This document shows, in pieces, positions 49,464 through 56,699 of a stretch of DNA of 62,795 nt; the first letter of the stretch is position 1; every line of letters starts with the position of its first letter. The stretch lies in the IMG/VR virus record IMGVR_UViG_3300027754_000090, positions 1 to 62,795 of that record. One strand, 5' to 3'. The notes under the pieces are model-generated. The model was given only the letters and a program-made list of their open reading frames with translations, ran no database searches and was not told the DNA's origin. This stretch comes from a virus. Taxonomy: Duplodnaviria; Caudoviricetes. A program made the translations under genes and the position numbers.

Positions 49464-50090
49464 ATGCCCCACACCAGCCGAGCCGATTTCAATCAAACCT
49501 GGTTGACCGAGATGCCCGAAGGATTAGGCGACATTGAGGTATGGGATATGATGTTGTATAATATCCAGGATCAGATCCGTCATGGCGCCCAGATAATCAC
49601 AGTAAATGCTAACCTGAAAAAAATCACTGGGTCGCAGACTGTGTATTATTGGTGGGAAGTAGCTGGAGAAATAGTATTGGCTGCTGAGTTCTCAGTCCGG
49701 CCTCAGGCATATACTGTGAATGCTGTGGCTAAGTCGCCACAGTGGAGACGTAAGCCACCCTATATGACTGATCTGTATCAGGCAGTGTTGGCTGACACTG
49801 GCCAGAGTATCCGATTGTTCAGTGATACTCAGCTCAGTAATGGTGGCATGGCTGTATGGCGTAAACTACTGGCCGCTGGTTGCAAGATCAGTGTGTATGA
49901 CCGGCATAATCCTGGTGGTTCATTCGTCACCATCAGTGACGCTGATCAACTGGAACAATACTTCCAGGACGATGATACTGATTACCGCCGATATCAGTAT
50001 GTGCTGAGTGAAGCCCGGAGTCATTTAGACACTCTGAGCTACTTTGGCACACGCAGAATCAGAGAACTCAGCGGACAAAGTCTCGACTGA
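49464..50090 (+). CDS. Hypothetical protein (GNAT-like SD.QLS..G..VW motif)
   Basis: TAAATA-N5-ATG start. Confidence 0.55.
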   Translation: MPHTSRADFNQTWLTEMPEGLGDIEVWDMMLYNIQDQIRHGAQIITVNANLKKITGSQTVYYWWEVAGEIVLAAEFSVRPQAYTVNAVAKSPQWRRKPPYMTDLYQAVLADTGQSIRLFSDTQLSNGGMAVWRKLLAAGCKISVYDRHNPGGSFVTISDADQLEQYFQDDDTDYRRYQYVLSEARSHLDTLSYFGTRRIRELSGQSLD

Positions 50091-50115
50091 GTTAGAAAAC
50101 ACAAGGGTTAACGAT

Positions 50116-50661
50116 ATGGATATTATGATAGATATTGAATCACTTGCGACACAGCCAGATGCTGTGATTTTAAGTATTGCCGCAGTGAAGTTTGATCCAT
50201 TTGACGATTACACCGAGCGTGGCGTTGAAGTGGCAGAATTGCCACAACTGAATCTGTTGTTGGAAATCGACAGCCAGCCAGATCGTCATGTGGATCCCAA
50301 TACTGTGGATTGGTGGGGCAAGCAGGACCCGGTGGTACAGGACAGCATCTTTGGTGATCATGTTCGGGTGAGTTTTACCGAGGCACTGGACCAGTTACAC
50401 CGGTTCATCTGGAACTCAGGTGGCCGAGTATGGGCTCAGGGAACTCAGTTTGATATTGCTGTGCTGGAACATGCCTATCGCAGTGTGAATCGTGCTTATC
50501 CCTGGCAGTATTGGCAGGCACGAGACAGCCGCACTTTGCTGGACCTTGTGCGAGTGGAACTGCCAGTGGCTACTCATGACGCAGTGGCTGACTGCTTCCG
50601 GCAGATTGTGGGTGTGCAGAAGGCGCTGGGTGTGCTGGGTGTAACCAAGTTCGTTCGTTGA
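50116..50661 (+). CDS. DEDDh 3'-5' exonuclease
   Basis: IMIDIESL, WAQG..FDI, RDSRT, HDAVAD. Confidence 0.85.
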   Translation: MDIMIDIESLATQPDAVILSIAAVKFDPFDDYTERGVEVAELPQLNLLLEIDSQPDRHVDPNTVDWWGKQDPVVQDSIFGDHVRVSFTEALDQLHRFIWNSGGRVWAQGTQFDIAVLEHAYRSVNRAYPWQYWQARDSRTLLDLVRVELPVATHDAVADCFRQIVGVQKALGVLGVTKFVR

Positions 50662-50875
50662 CATTCAATTACTGAATACGTTATAATAAACATATGGCAG
50701 CAGAAAATCGTAAAATTCATGGTGTGTATATCTGTAGATTGTGCGGTCACGAGATCAACGATGCCGGAGCATGTAATTTTGGTTGTGTTCAGGATTTTGT
50801 GTATCCAAAAAATCGACCCAGTGGCACAGTGACACTGAAAACTTATGAACTGATTCTGCTTACCGAGGAAAATCT

Positions 50876-51340
50876 ATGATTCCCACCTGGGACAGGTATT
50901 TTTTAGACATGGTGCGTACCATCAGTACCCGCAGCAAAGACCCTGACACTCAGCTGGGCTGTGTGATTGTGGGACCAGACAGAGAAATCCGCAGCACTGG
51001 TTACAATAGTTTTGTGCGCGGATTAAATGATCAGGTGCCTGAACGCCAGCTGCGACCAGAAAAATATTGGTGGATTGAACACGCTGAACGCAATGCCATC
51101 TACAATGCGGCCAGAACCGGCACCAGTTTGCTGGGTTGTAGCCTGTATCTTCCCTGCCTGCCCTGTGTGGATTGCGCCAGAGCCATAGTCAGTGTGGGTA
51201 TCAAAGAAGTGGTGAACAGTGCTCAGCAAGTATCCGCATGGTCCAGCAAACAGCAGTGGCGTCCACACTTTGACCGTATTGTTCCCATGTTTGCTGAATG
51301 CGGAATAATCATGCGCAGCGTGGATTATGATGCTTTTTGA
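50876..51340 (+). CDS. dCMP deaminase
   Basis: RSKDP, GYN, HAERNA, PCVDC. Confidence 0.92.
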   Translation: MIPTWDRYFLDMVRTISTRSKDPDTQLGCVIVGPDREIRSTGYNSFVRGLNDQVPERQLRPEKYWWIEHAERNAIYNAARTGTSLLGCSLYLPCLPCVDCARAIVSVGIKEVVNSAQQVSAWSSKQQWRPHFDRIVPMFAECGIIMRSVDYDAF

Positions 51341-51635
51341 TACACTCGCACAGAATCGCAATTGGATGGTGCGACGGTGGCAGCAGGATCAGAACTTTTA
51401 CCTGGAGGTCTTCCCGATAGATAAAGCTAAGTATGCTTTTTCTGAAGACATGGCATTCATAACGCACAATGTGCGACGGTATTATCCCAGTAGCCAGCTG
51501 GTTCGGGAATATTGGTATCCTGAATATCAGCAGGGATCAGGAGATCTACCACGGTTGGTGTATGATCTGGGCACTGTGTTTGATCAGATTCGTGACGCGG
51601 CAGTTACGGCAGATCGAGAACGGGAAATCAGATGA
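51327..51635 (+). CDS. Hypothetical protein (DLGTVFDQIRD family)
   Basis: Paralog of the frameshifted gene at 51912. Confidence 0.6.
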   Translation: MMLFDTLAQNRNWMVRRWQQDQNFYLEVFPIDKAKYAFSEDMAFITHNVRRYYPSSQLVREYWYPEYQQGSGDLPRLVYDLGTVFDQIRDAAVTADREREIR

Positions 51636-51922
51636 TTGACCTGGTCTTTGCACTCAGCACCACACACGATGTGGTTCAGCCACGCGACTATGTACAGTGG
51701 CATCGTCAGCTGACCCAGCATAAGCACGCAGAGATGCAGGTCAGTCACCAGGGCAATGATCTGCTGGCTCTGAGGTTCAGCTTTGCGCCCAGTGGCAGAG
51801 ATCACGCAGGGTTAATGTTGGAATTCAGTGTGCTGCGATATTGTGCTAGTATCACCATATATGACCATCGTCACTGGGACTATGATCACACTCAATGGAG
51901 GGCCACAGCCGATGACATTTAA
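51632..51922 (+). CDS. Hypothetical protein
   Basis: DHAG...IYDHRHWDY; coupled by ATGA overlaps. Confidence 0.6.
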   Translation: MIDLVFALSTTHDVVQPRDYVQWHRQLTQHKHAEMQVSHQGNDLLALRFSFAPSGRDHAGLMLEFSVLRYCASITIYDHRHWDYDHTQWRATADDI

Positions 51923-52254
51923 TGAAGTCGCACTGAGACGAGGCTGGCTGACTCGGTATTGGCAGTCACATGATAATCAAGTCTGTGTGGATGTGGTCTG
52001 GAACAAAAAAATCTGGAAATGGTAACCCAGAAATAAGGGATCAGATAGATCTGATCACCATGGCCGAGTGGTATCACCCGGCTGTCCGGGTGATTGAAAT
52101 TGGTGATTGGCATGTGATTCTAGATCTGGGCACAGTGTTTGATCAGATTCGTGATGTGGCGCAACCACCCACTCCCAAACGATCTATCCGTGGCGGTTTG
52201 ATCCAGCCCCAGATCTCACAGTGCTGCACAGCGATGATGTTGATTCAGAAATAA
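51912..52254 (+). pseudogene. Paralog of 51327 interrupted by a +1 frameshift at an A7 run
   Basis: MTFNEVALRRGW..RYW in one frame, DLGTVFDQIRD in the +1 frame; A7 at 52005-52011. Confidence 0.6.
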
Positions 52255-52329
52255 GCAATCTGATCACAGCAGAAATAAATTCAGAAATAATACGAAAAAT
52301 TTCCAAATAGCCGCAGCATAAATAACCAC

Positions 52330-53448
52330 ATGCGCTATTACGAACTAATAACTGAAGACTACAAATCAGTCACTAAGAAATTCATTGATGCTGGAGCTGA
52401 CTCAGCCGAGGTCAAAAAGTATATTGACCAGTTTAAGGCATTGGGTACTAAATTAAACAATATTACAGACCCAGCTGATAAAAACATTGATGTCTGGGGT
52501 AAGCGATCATTTGCTGACTTCAAGAAATTTGTCACTGATATCGGCACTCAGGTTACCCCGAGCAGCCAGAAGAAAGATGCTGGCACCAGTATTGATATCA
52601 CAACACCAAAACAAAAAGCAGCTGGGTGGAATATAATTATTCCCACTGACGAGTCTGCCAGTTGTTATCACGGCACTGGTACCGATTGGTGTGTGAGTAA
52701 ACGCAATCAAGGCCATTTTGAGGACTATTTTCTAGACAACAACGTCACACTGGTATTCTGTCTGAATGATCAGCAAGAAAAATGGGCTATTGCCAGTCAT
52801 GTCGACCTAGGCGATAAATCTGAGTTCTTTACCGCCAAAGATAAATCACTAACCCAGGAGAAATTCGACTCTGCTACTGGATTAAATTCTGCAGAGATAA
52901 TTAAATCTGCTCTGAGTCATGCTGGCGTGGAGCCAGCTCGTGCTGAGGCCAAACTGGCCAGTATTCCACATCTGATCCGCAAAGCCCTGACCCCAGACCC
53001 AGCCCTGGAGAAAAAAATTCTAGCTACCAAGAATGCCAAGTGGATGTATCAGTATACCCTGAATGTGCTGAAAGCACCATGGCCAGCTGCTGAGCCAGTG
53101 ATTGCTCAGAACGCTGGGTGGGCATTCTGGTATGCCTGTTTTGTGCTGAAAGCGCCATTTCCAGCTGGTGAACCAGCGATTGCTCAGAACGCTGATTGGG
53201 CATACTCATATGCCAAGGCTGTGCTGAAAGCACCATGGCCAGCTGCTGAGCCAGTGATTGCTCAGAATGCAGAGCGGGCATATTATTATGCCCTGGATGT
53301 GCTGAAAGCGCCATTTCCAGCTGGTGAACCAGCGATTGCTCAGAACGCTCAGTTGGCATACAAATATGCCCAGTATATGCTGAAAGATCCCAAACCCAAC
53401 ACCTGGCGTAAACGGTACTTGGCTCAGCAGAAAAAAATTCAGAAATAA
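52330..53448 (+). CDS. Repeat-containing protein, candidate internal head protein
   Basis: MRYYELITE N-terminus; GTGTDWCVS domain; four VLKAP(W/F)PA.EP.IAQNA repeats; flanked by 46-bp direct repeats. Confidence 0.7.
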   Translation: MRYYELITEDYKSVTKKFIDAGADSAEVKKYIDQFKALGTKLNNITDPADKNIDVWGKRSFADFKKFVTDIGTQVTPSSQKKDAGTSIDITTPKQKAAGWNIIIPTDESASCYHGTGTDWCVSKRNQGHFEDYFLDNNVTLVFCLNDQQEKWAIASHVDLGDKSEFFTAKDKSLTQEKFDSATGLNSAEIIKSALSHAGVEPARAEAKLASIPHLIRKALTPDPALEKKILATKNAKWMYQYTLNVLKAPWPAAEPVIAQNAGWAFWYACFVLKAPFPAGEPAIAQNADWAYSYAKAVLKAPWPAAEPVIAQNAERAYYYALDVLKAPFPAGEPAIAQNAQLAYKYAQYMLKDPKPNTWRKRYLAQQKKIQK

Positions 53449-53637
53449 TACGAAAAATTTCCAAATAGCCATCACCACGGCATAAATAAATGCATACAAC
53501 GGAACTGAATACTATGTCATCAATCATTATCATCGCTGAACATAAAGCCAATCCCAACCAGGATCCGGCCAACTGGTATCCAGGTGCCACTGAATGACGC
53601 GGTAAGCAGGACCTGTCATCAGAATAGCAAGTACACA

Positions 53638-53661
53638 GCCTGCAGATAATGCAGGTTTTTT
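53638..53661 (+). terminator. Intrinsic terminator before the tRNA array promoter
   Basis: GCCTGCA-gataa-TGCAGGT followed by a T tract. Confidence 0.75.
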
Positions 53662-53674
53662 GTTGGCCAACTAG

Positions 53675-53703
53675 TTGACAGCAGCGGTACCCAGTGTTAT
53701 ACT
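53675..53703 (+). promoter_or_regulatory. Sigma70 promoter of the tRNA array
   Basis: TTGACA-N17-TATACT. Confidence 0.85.
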
Positions 53704-53728
53704 AGTTAAGTGGCAGGAAGTAGAAAAT

Positions 53729-53804
53729 GGGCTTGTAGCTCAATTGGGAGAGCGCCTGATTTGCATTCAGGAGGTAGCCGGATCGTAGCCGGCCAGGTCC
53801 ACCA
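53729..53804 (+). tRNA. tRNA-Ala(TGC)
   Basis: G3-U70 pair, loop TTTGCAT, CCA. Confidence 0.88.
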
Positions 53805-53813
53805 TGAAGTTTT

Positions 53814-53903
53814 GGTAGTGTGGGTGAGTGGTTAAAACCATCAGACTGTAAATCTGACGCTCCTCGTAGAGCTTCGTTGGTTCAAATCCAACCGCTACCA
53901 CCA
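53814..53903 (+). tRNA. tRNA-Tyr(GTA)
   Basis: TCAGA-ctgtaaa-TCTGA, long V-arm, CCA. Confidence 0.92.
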
Positions 53904-54066
53904 AGTTTTTAAAGGTTCGTGAGGTCGTTTAGTAATGGTAAGACCAGGGCATATATCAAATGCCAGTTTAAAGCTAACTGATGCGGATTCCGTCCTCACA
54001 ACGAAGCAACTTAACGGTGGTAATATGTTTAAACCGGCAGCGTGGTGCAAGGCCACAACAGTTTAT

Positions 54067-54142
54067 CGCGGTGTAGAGCAGTAGTAGCTCGCTTGGCTCA
54101 TAACCAAGAGGTCGATGTGTGCAAATCCATCCACCGCAACCA
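54067..54142 (+). tRNA. tRNA-fMet(CAT), initiator-like
   Basis: C1xA72 mismatch, loop CTCATAA, CCA. Confidence 0.82.
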
Positions 54143-54240
54143 ATTTTCAGCAATTGATTACTAACCTGGGTATGTGCCAGCCAGGGAAACCCACTAAATT
54201 AGGTGGATGAGTGCTGGTGCCAATTGCTGGATTAAGTTAT

Positions 54241-54315
54241 GAGGTGTTAGTGGAGTGGTTATCACGCTGCCCTTTCAAGGCGGAATCAGGGGTTCAAATC
54301 CCCTACACCTTACCA
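54241..54315 (+). tRNA. tRNA-Glu(TTC)
   Basis: CTGCC-ctttcaa-GGCGG, CCA. Confidence 0.88.
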
Positions 54316-54324
54316 AAGTTTTAT

Positions 54325-54401
54325 GTGGGCCTTACTCGAGTGGTTTCAGAGGACTGACTGTGACTCAGTTTACAGGGGTTCAAATCCCCTAGGTCCAACC
54401 A
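54325..54401 (+). tRNA. tRNA-His(GTG)
   Basis: ACTGA-ctgtgac-TCAGT; G-1 present, A73. Confidence 0.85.
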
Positions 54402-54413
54402 AAGATTAATTTT

Positions 54414-54485
54414 TCTTGAGTAGCTCAATGGCAGAGCGTTCGGCTGTTAACCGAAATGTTGTAGGTTCGAATCCTACCTCAGGAG
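54414..54485 (+). tRNA. tRNA-Asn(GTT)
   Basis: TTCGG-ctgttaa-CCGAA, G73, no CCA. Confidence 0.9.
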
Positions 54486-54570
54486 CAACGAGGGGCGAAG
54501 TACTTGGTATTCCAAACTTCGCCCTCTTATAAAGTTCATGTGGGTAATCGGTAAATGCATTAAAGTTTTT

Positions 54571-54646
54571 AGCCGGATAGCTCAATTGGCGGAGCGTCTG
54601 ACTCTGACTCAGAAGGTTCTTGGTTCGACTCCAAGTCCGGCTGCCA
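54571..54646 (+). tRNA. tRNA-Gln(CTG)
   Basis: TCTGA-ctctgac-TCAGA, CCA. Confidence 0.88.
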
Positions 54647-54653
54647 AAGTTTT

Positions 54654-54727
54654 ATCAGCGTAGTGTAACGGTAGCACGACAGTCTCCAAAACTGTTTGTC
54701 CGGGTTCAAATCCTGGCGCTGGTGCCA
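54654..54727 (+). tRNA. tRNA-Trp(CCA)
   Basis: ACAGT-ctccaaa-ACTGT, CCA. Confidence 0.9.
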
Positions 54728-54736
54728 AAGTTTTTC

Positions 54737-54812
54737 GGCCGGTTAGCTCAGCGGTTAGAGCATCTCGTTTACACCGAGAGGGTCCGGGGTTCAAATCCCT
54801 GACCGGTCACCA
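54737..54812 (+). tRNA. tRNA-Val(TAC)
   Basis: TCTCG-tttacac-CGAGA, CCA. Confidence 0.9.
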
Positions 54813-54821
54813 TAAGTTTAT

Positions 54822-54898
54822 CGGGATGTGGGCTAAAGGTTAGCCGCCTGTTTTGGGAACAGGACATCGAGTGAGTTCGATTCTCACCATCCCGACCA
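54822..54898 (+). tRNA. tRNA-Pro(TGG)
   Basis: CGG start, CCTGT-tttggga-ACAGG, CCA. Confidence 0.88.
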
Positions 54899-55025
54899 CA
54901 GTTCGGAGCAGATAGACAGAAGGTCGTAGCTTGGTGAAGCCCAGGATACGGACGCTGGAACACAGATGCCACGCCCAACGTATACAGGGACAGCAGTGAA
55001 ATCCTTAACTCCAAGGCCTTTTTTT

Positions 55026-55102
55026 AGGTGTGTAGCTTAGTTGGCCAAAGTGTCTGTTTCATACGCAGAAGATCGTGGGTTCGACTCCCATCACACCTAC
55101 CA
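55026..55102 (+). tRNA. tRNA-Met(CAT) elongator (or Ile2)
   Basis: TCTGT-ttcatac-GCAGA, CCA. Confidence 0.82.
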
Positions 55103-55111
55103 GTACATTTT

Positions 55112-55185
55112 GGTTCCGTAAGTTAATGGTAAACTAGCTCACTGTCTATGAGCATTCGAGGGTTCGATTCCCTTCGGGACCGCCA
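55112..55185 (+). tRNA. tRNA-Asp(GTC)
   Basis: GCTCA-ctgtcta-TGAGC, G73, CCA. Confidence 0.88.
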
Positions 55186-55193
55186 TATTTTTA

Positions 55194-55269
55194 GGCTGTT
55201 AAGCTAACCTGGTGGAAGCGCCTGTTTGAAGCACAGGAAGGCGGGGTTCGATTCCCCGAGCAGCCACCA
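55194..55269 (+). tRNA. tRNA-Phe(GAA)
   Basis: CCTGT-ttgaagc-ACAGG, CCA. Confidence 0.85.
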
Positions 55270-55270
55270 T

Positions 55271-55346
55271 GCCCTGATAGCTCATTTTGGTAGAGCGCTT
55301 GATTAGTAATCATGAGGTGATCGGTTCGAACCCGATTCGGGGCTCC
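55271..55346 (+). tRNA. tRNA-Thr(AGT), imperfect acceptor and anticodon stems
   Basis: Loop TTAGTAA; bulged U in the acceptor stem; T-T mismatch in the anticodon stem; CCA. Confidence 0.7.
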
Positions 55347-55354
55347 AAACTTAT

Positions 55355-55430
55355 TGACCTGTAACTCAGTTGGCAGAGTGCTGTGCTGATAACGCAGAAG
55401 TCGTTGGTTCAACTCCAACCAGGTCAACCA
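55355..55430 (+). tRNA. tRNA-Ile(GAT)
   Basis: CTGTG-ctgataa-CGCAG, CCA. Confidence 0.88.
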
Positions 55431-55472
55431 AGTATGCTGAAATAGTGAAGTTCTTGAAGGCACCACAAGTTT

Positions 55473-55547
55473 GATCTCGTAACTCAGCGGTAGAGTATCG
55501 ATCTTTTAAATCGAGAGCCGTGGGTTCAAATCCCGCCGGGGTCACCA
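55473..55547 (+). tRNA. tRNA-Lys(TTT)
   Basis: TCGAT-cttttaa-ATCGA, CCA. Confidence 0.88.
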
Positions 55548-55585
55548 AAGTTTCATACTGAGTACGGTCTGCGGTAAATATCCGT

Positions 55586-55981
55586 ATGACCCTACGCAGT
55601 TGTCCAGTATGTAACACGGTATTAACCAACAAACAAAAAAACAATGTAACCTGTGGCCATAGTTGTGCCAACACTTTTTTTCGCAGTGGGGTCAACAGCG
55701 GCCAATATCGCCAGGGCACTGACAACTATCGTACCATATGTTTCATTTATCATCCACGCGAATGTGTGGTTTGCGGTGAAACCAATGTATTAGATGTTCA
55801 TCACTGGGACCACATTCACAGCAATAATGAGCCGTCCAATCTGATACCACTGTGTCCTAATCACCACAGGTATATGCACACCCGACATCGTGCGCTGATA
55901 GCTGATCAAGTCAATAGTTATCGTGAACAGTTTTTAGAAAATCAGTGTCAGGACATCCTAGACCAACCAGATTATGACTGA
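55586..55981 (+). CDS. HNH endonuclease
   Basis: CVVCG...LDVHHWD...NN...NL.PLCPNHH; lies at the end of the tRNA array. Confidence 0.88.
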   Translation: MTLRSCPVCNTVLTNKQKNNVTCGHSCANTFFRSGVNSGQYRQGTDNYRTICFIYHPRECVVCGETNVLDVHHWDHIHSNNEPSNLIPLCPNHHRYMHTRHRALIADQVNSYREQFLENQCQDILDQPDYD

Positions 55982-56055
55982 ATATCACTGGTTAAGTGAA
56001 TCTAGTGACATCGTCAGCAACGTGGCCAGTATAACTGGTCTGATATCCACCAGCA

Positions 56056-56499
56056 TTACAGTACCCAGGGCCTGCCCAGTATTAGGCCACCAGTATTGGA
56101 GTTATCCACAATAGTGTTGCCTGAATATTGTGTGGGTAACTTTGTAATATCTAAAACATTCCGGGCGCGGTAATAGGGTGCAGCAGTGTTGCCACCAGCC
56201 TGGCGTCGAATCCGTGCCAGGGTAAGTTTGGCAGTCTGACGCTGTTGCCGAGTGGATAGACGAGCAATGCAGTTGTTGGTACGCAGCACTGACCCATTGA
56301 CCACAGCAGATGCAGTCAGTGTGTCAGTTCCCACTAGATGAGTTATGCCCAGGTTCAGTGTGAACCAGCTGGCATCAATACCCACAGCAGTGGCAATGTT
56401 ACTAGCCAGTGTGTTCACTGTGATGCCGTTGTCTACGGTATAACTGTTAAAAGTTGCTGAGTTTAGTATGCTCTGCACTGTGATGGTGATATTGGCCAT
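56056..56499 (-). CDS. Protein with ubiquitin-like (beta-grasp) N-terminal domain
   Basis: ITV.S.L....YTV....TV..L...I....GI.....L....L....TL....V..GS.L pattern; AAGGA RBS. Confidence 0.5.
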   Translation of the reverse strand: MANITITVQSILNSATFNSYTVDNGITVNTLASNIATAVGIDASWFTLNLGITHLVGTDTLTASAVVNGSVLRTNNCIARLSTRQQRQTAKLTLARIRRQAGGNTAAPYYRARNVLDITKLPTQYSGNTIVDNSNTGGLILGRPWVL

Positions 56500-56699
56500 G
56501 AATTATCCTTTGCCAGCTTCAAATTTTGATAACAAACTCATACTGTTGCCACGCAGGTCAGCTGGTGGGTTGATCCATCTGGTCTATGGTGTCCAGCAGA
56601 CCCCGTATAATATCAGTTGCTCGCATCAATGTATTTATGCCAGCATCTCAATATGGCCACGGCTAAATAATCAACAGATGTATTGAGGAGTGATCCAGT

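Noticed and set aside
55435-55465. Additional tRNA ending in GGCACCA
   Set aside because: Only ~31 nt with no D, anticodon or T arms; at most a remnant.
53804-55560. Theta/HDV-like ribozymes at tRNA 3' ends
   Set aside because: Most tRNAs are followed by short AAGTTT spacers, and I could not trace the nested double-pseudoknot pattern by eye.
54609-55725. ORFs overlapping the tRNA array (also 18918-19229, 46543-46749, 48522-49004)
   Set aside because: They are shadow frames of tRNA genes.
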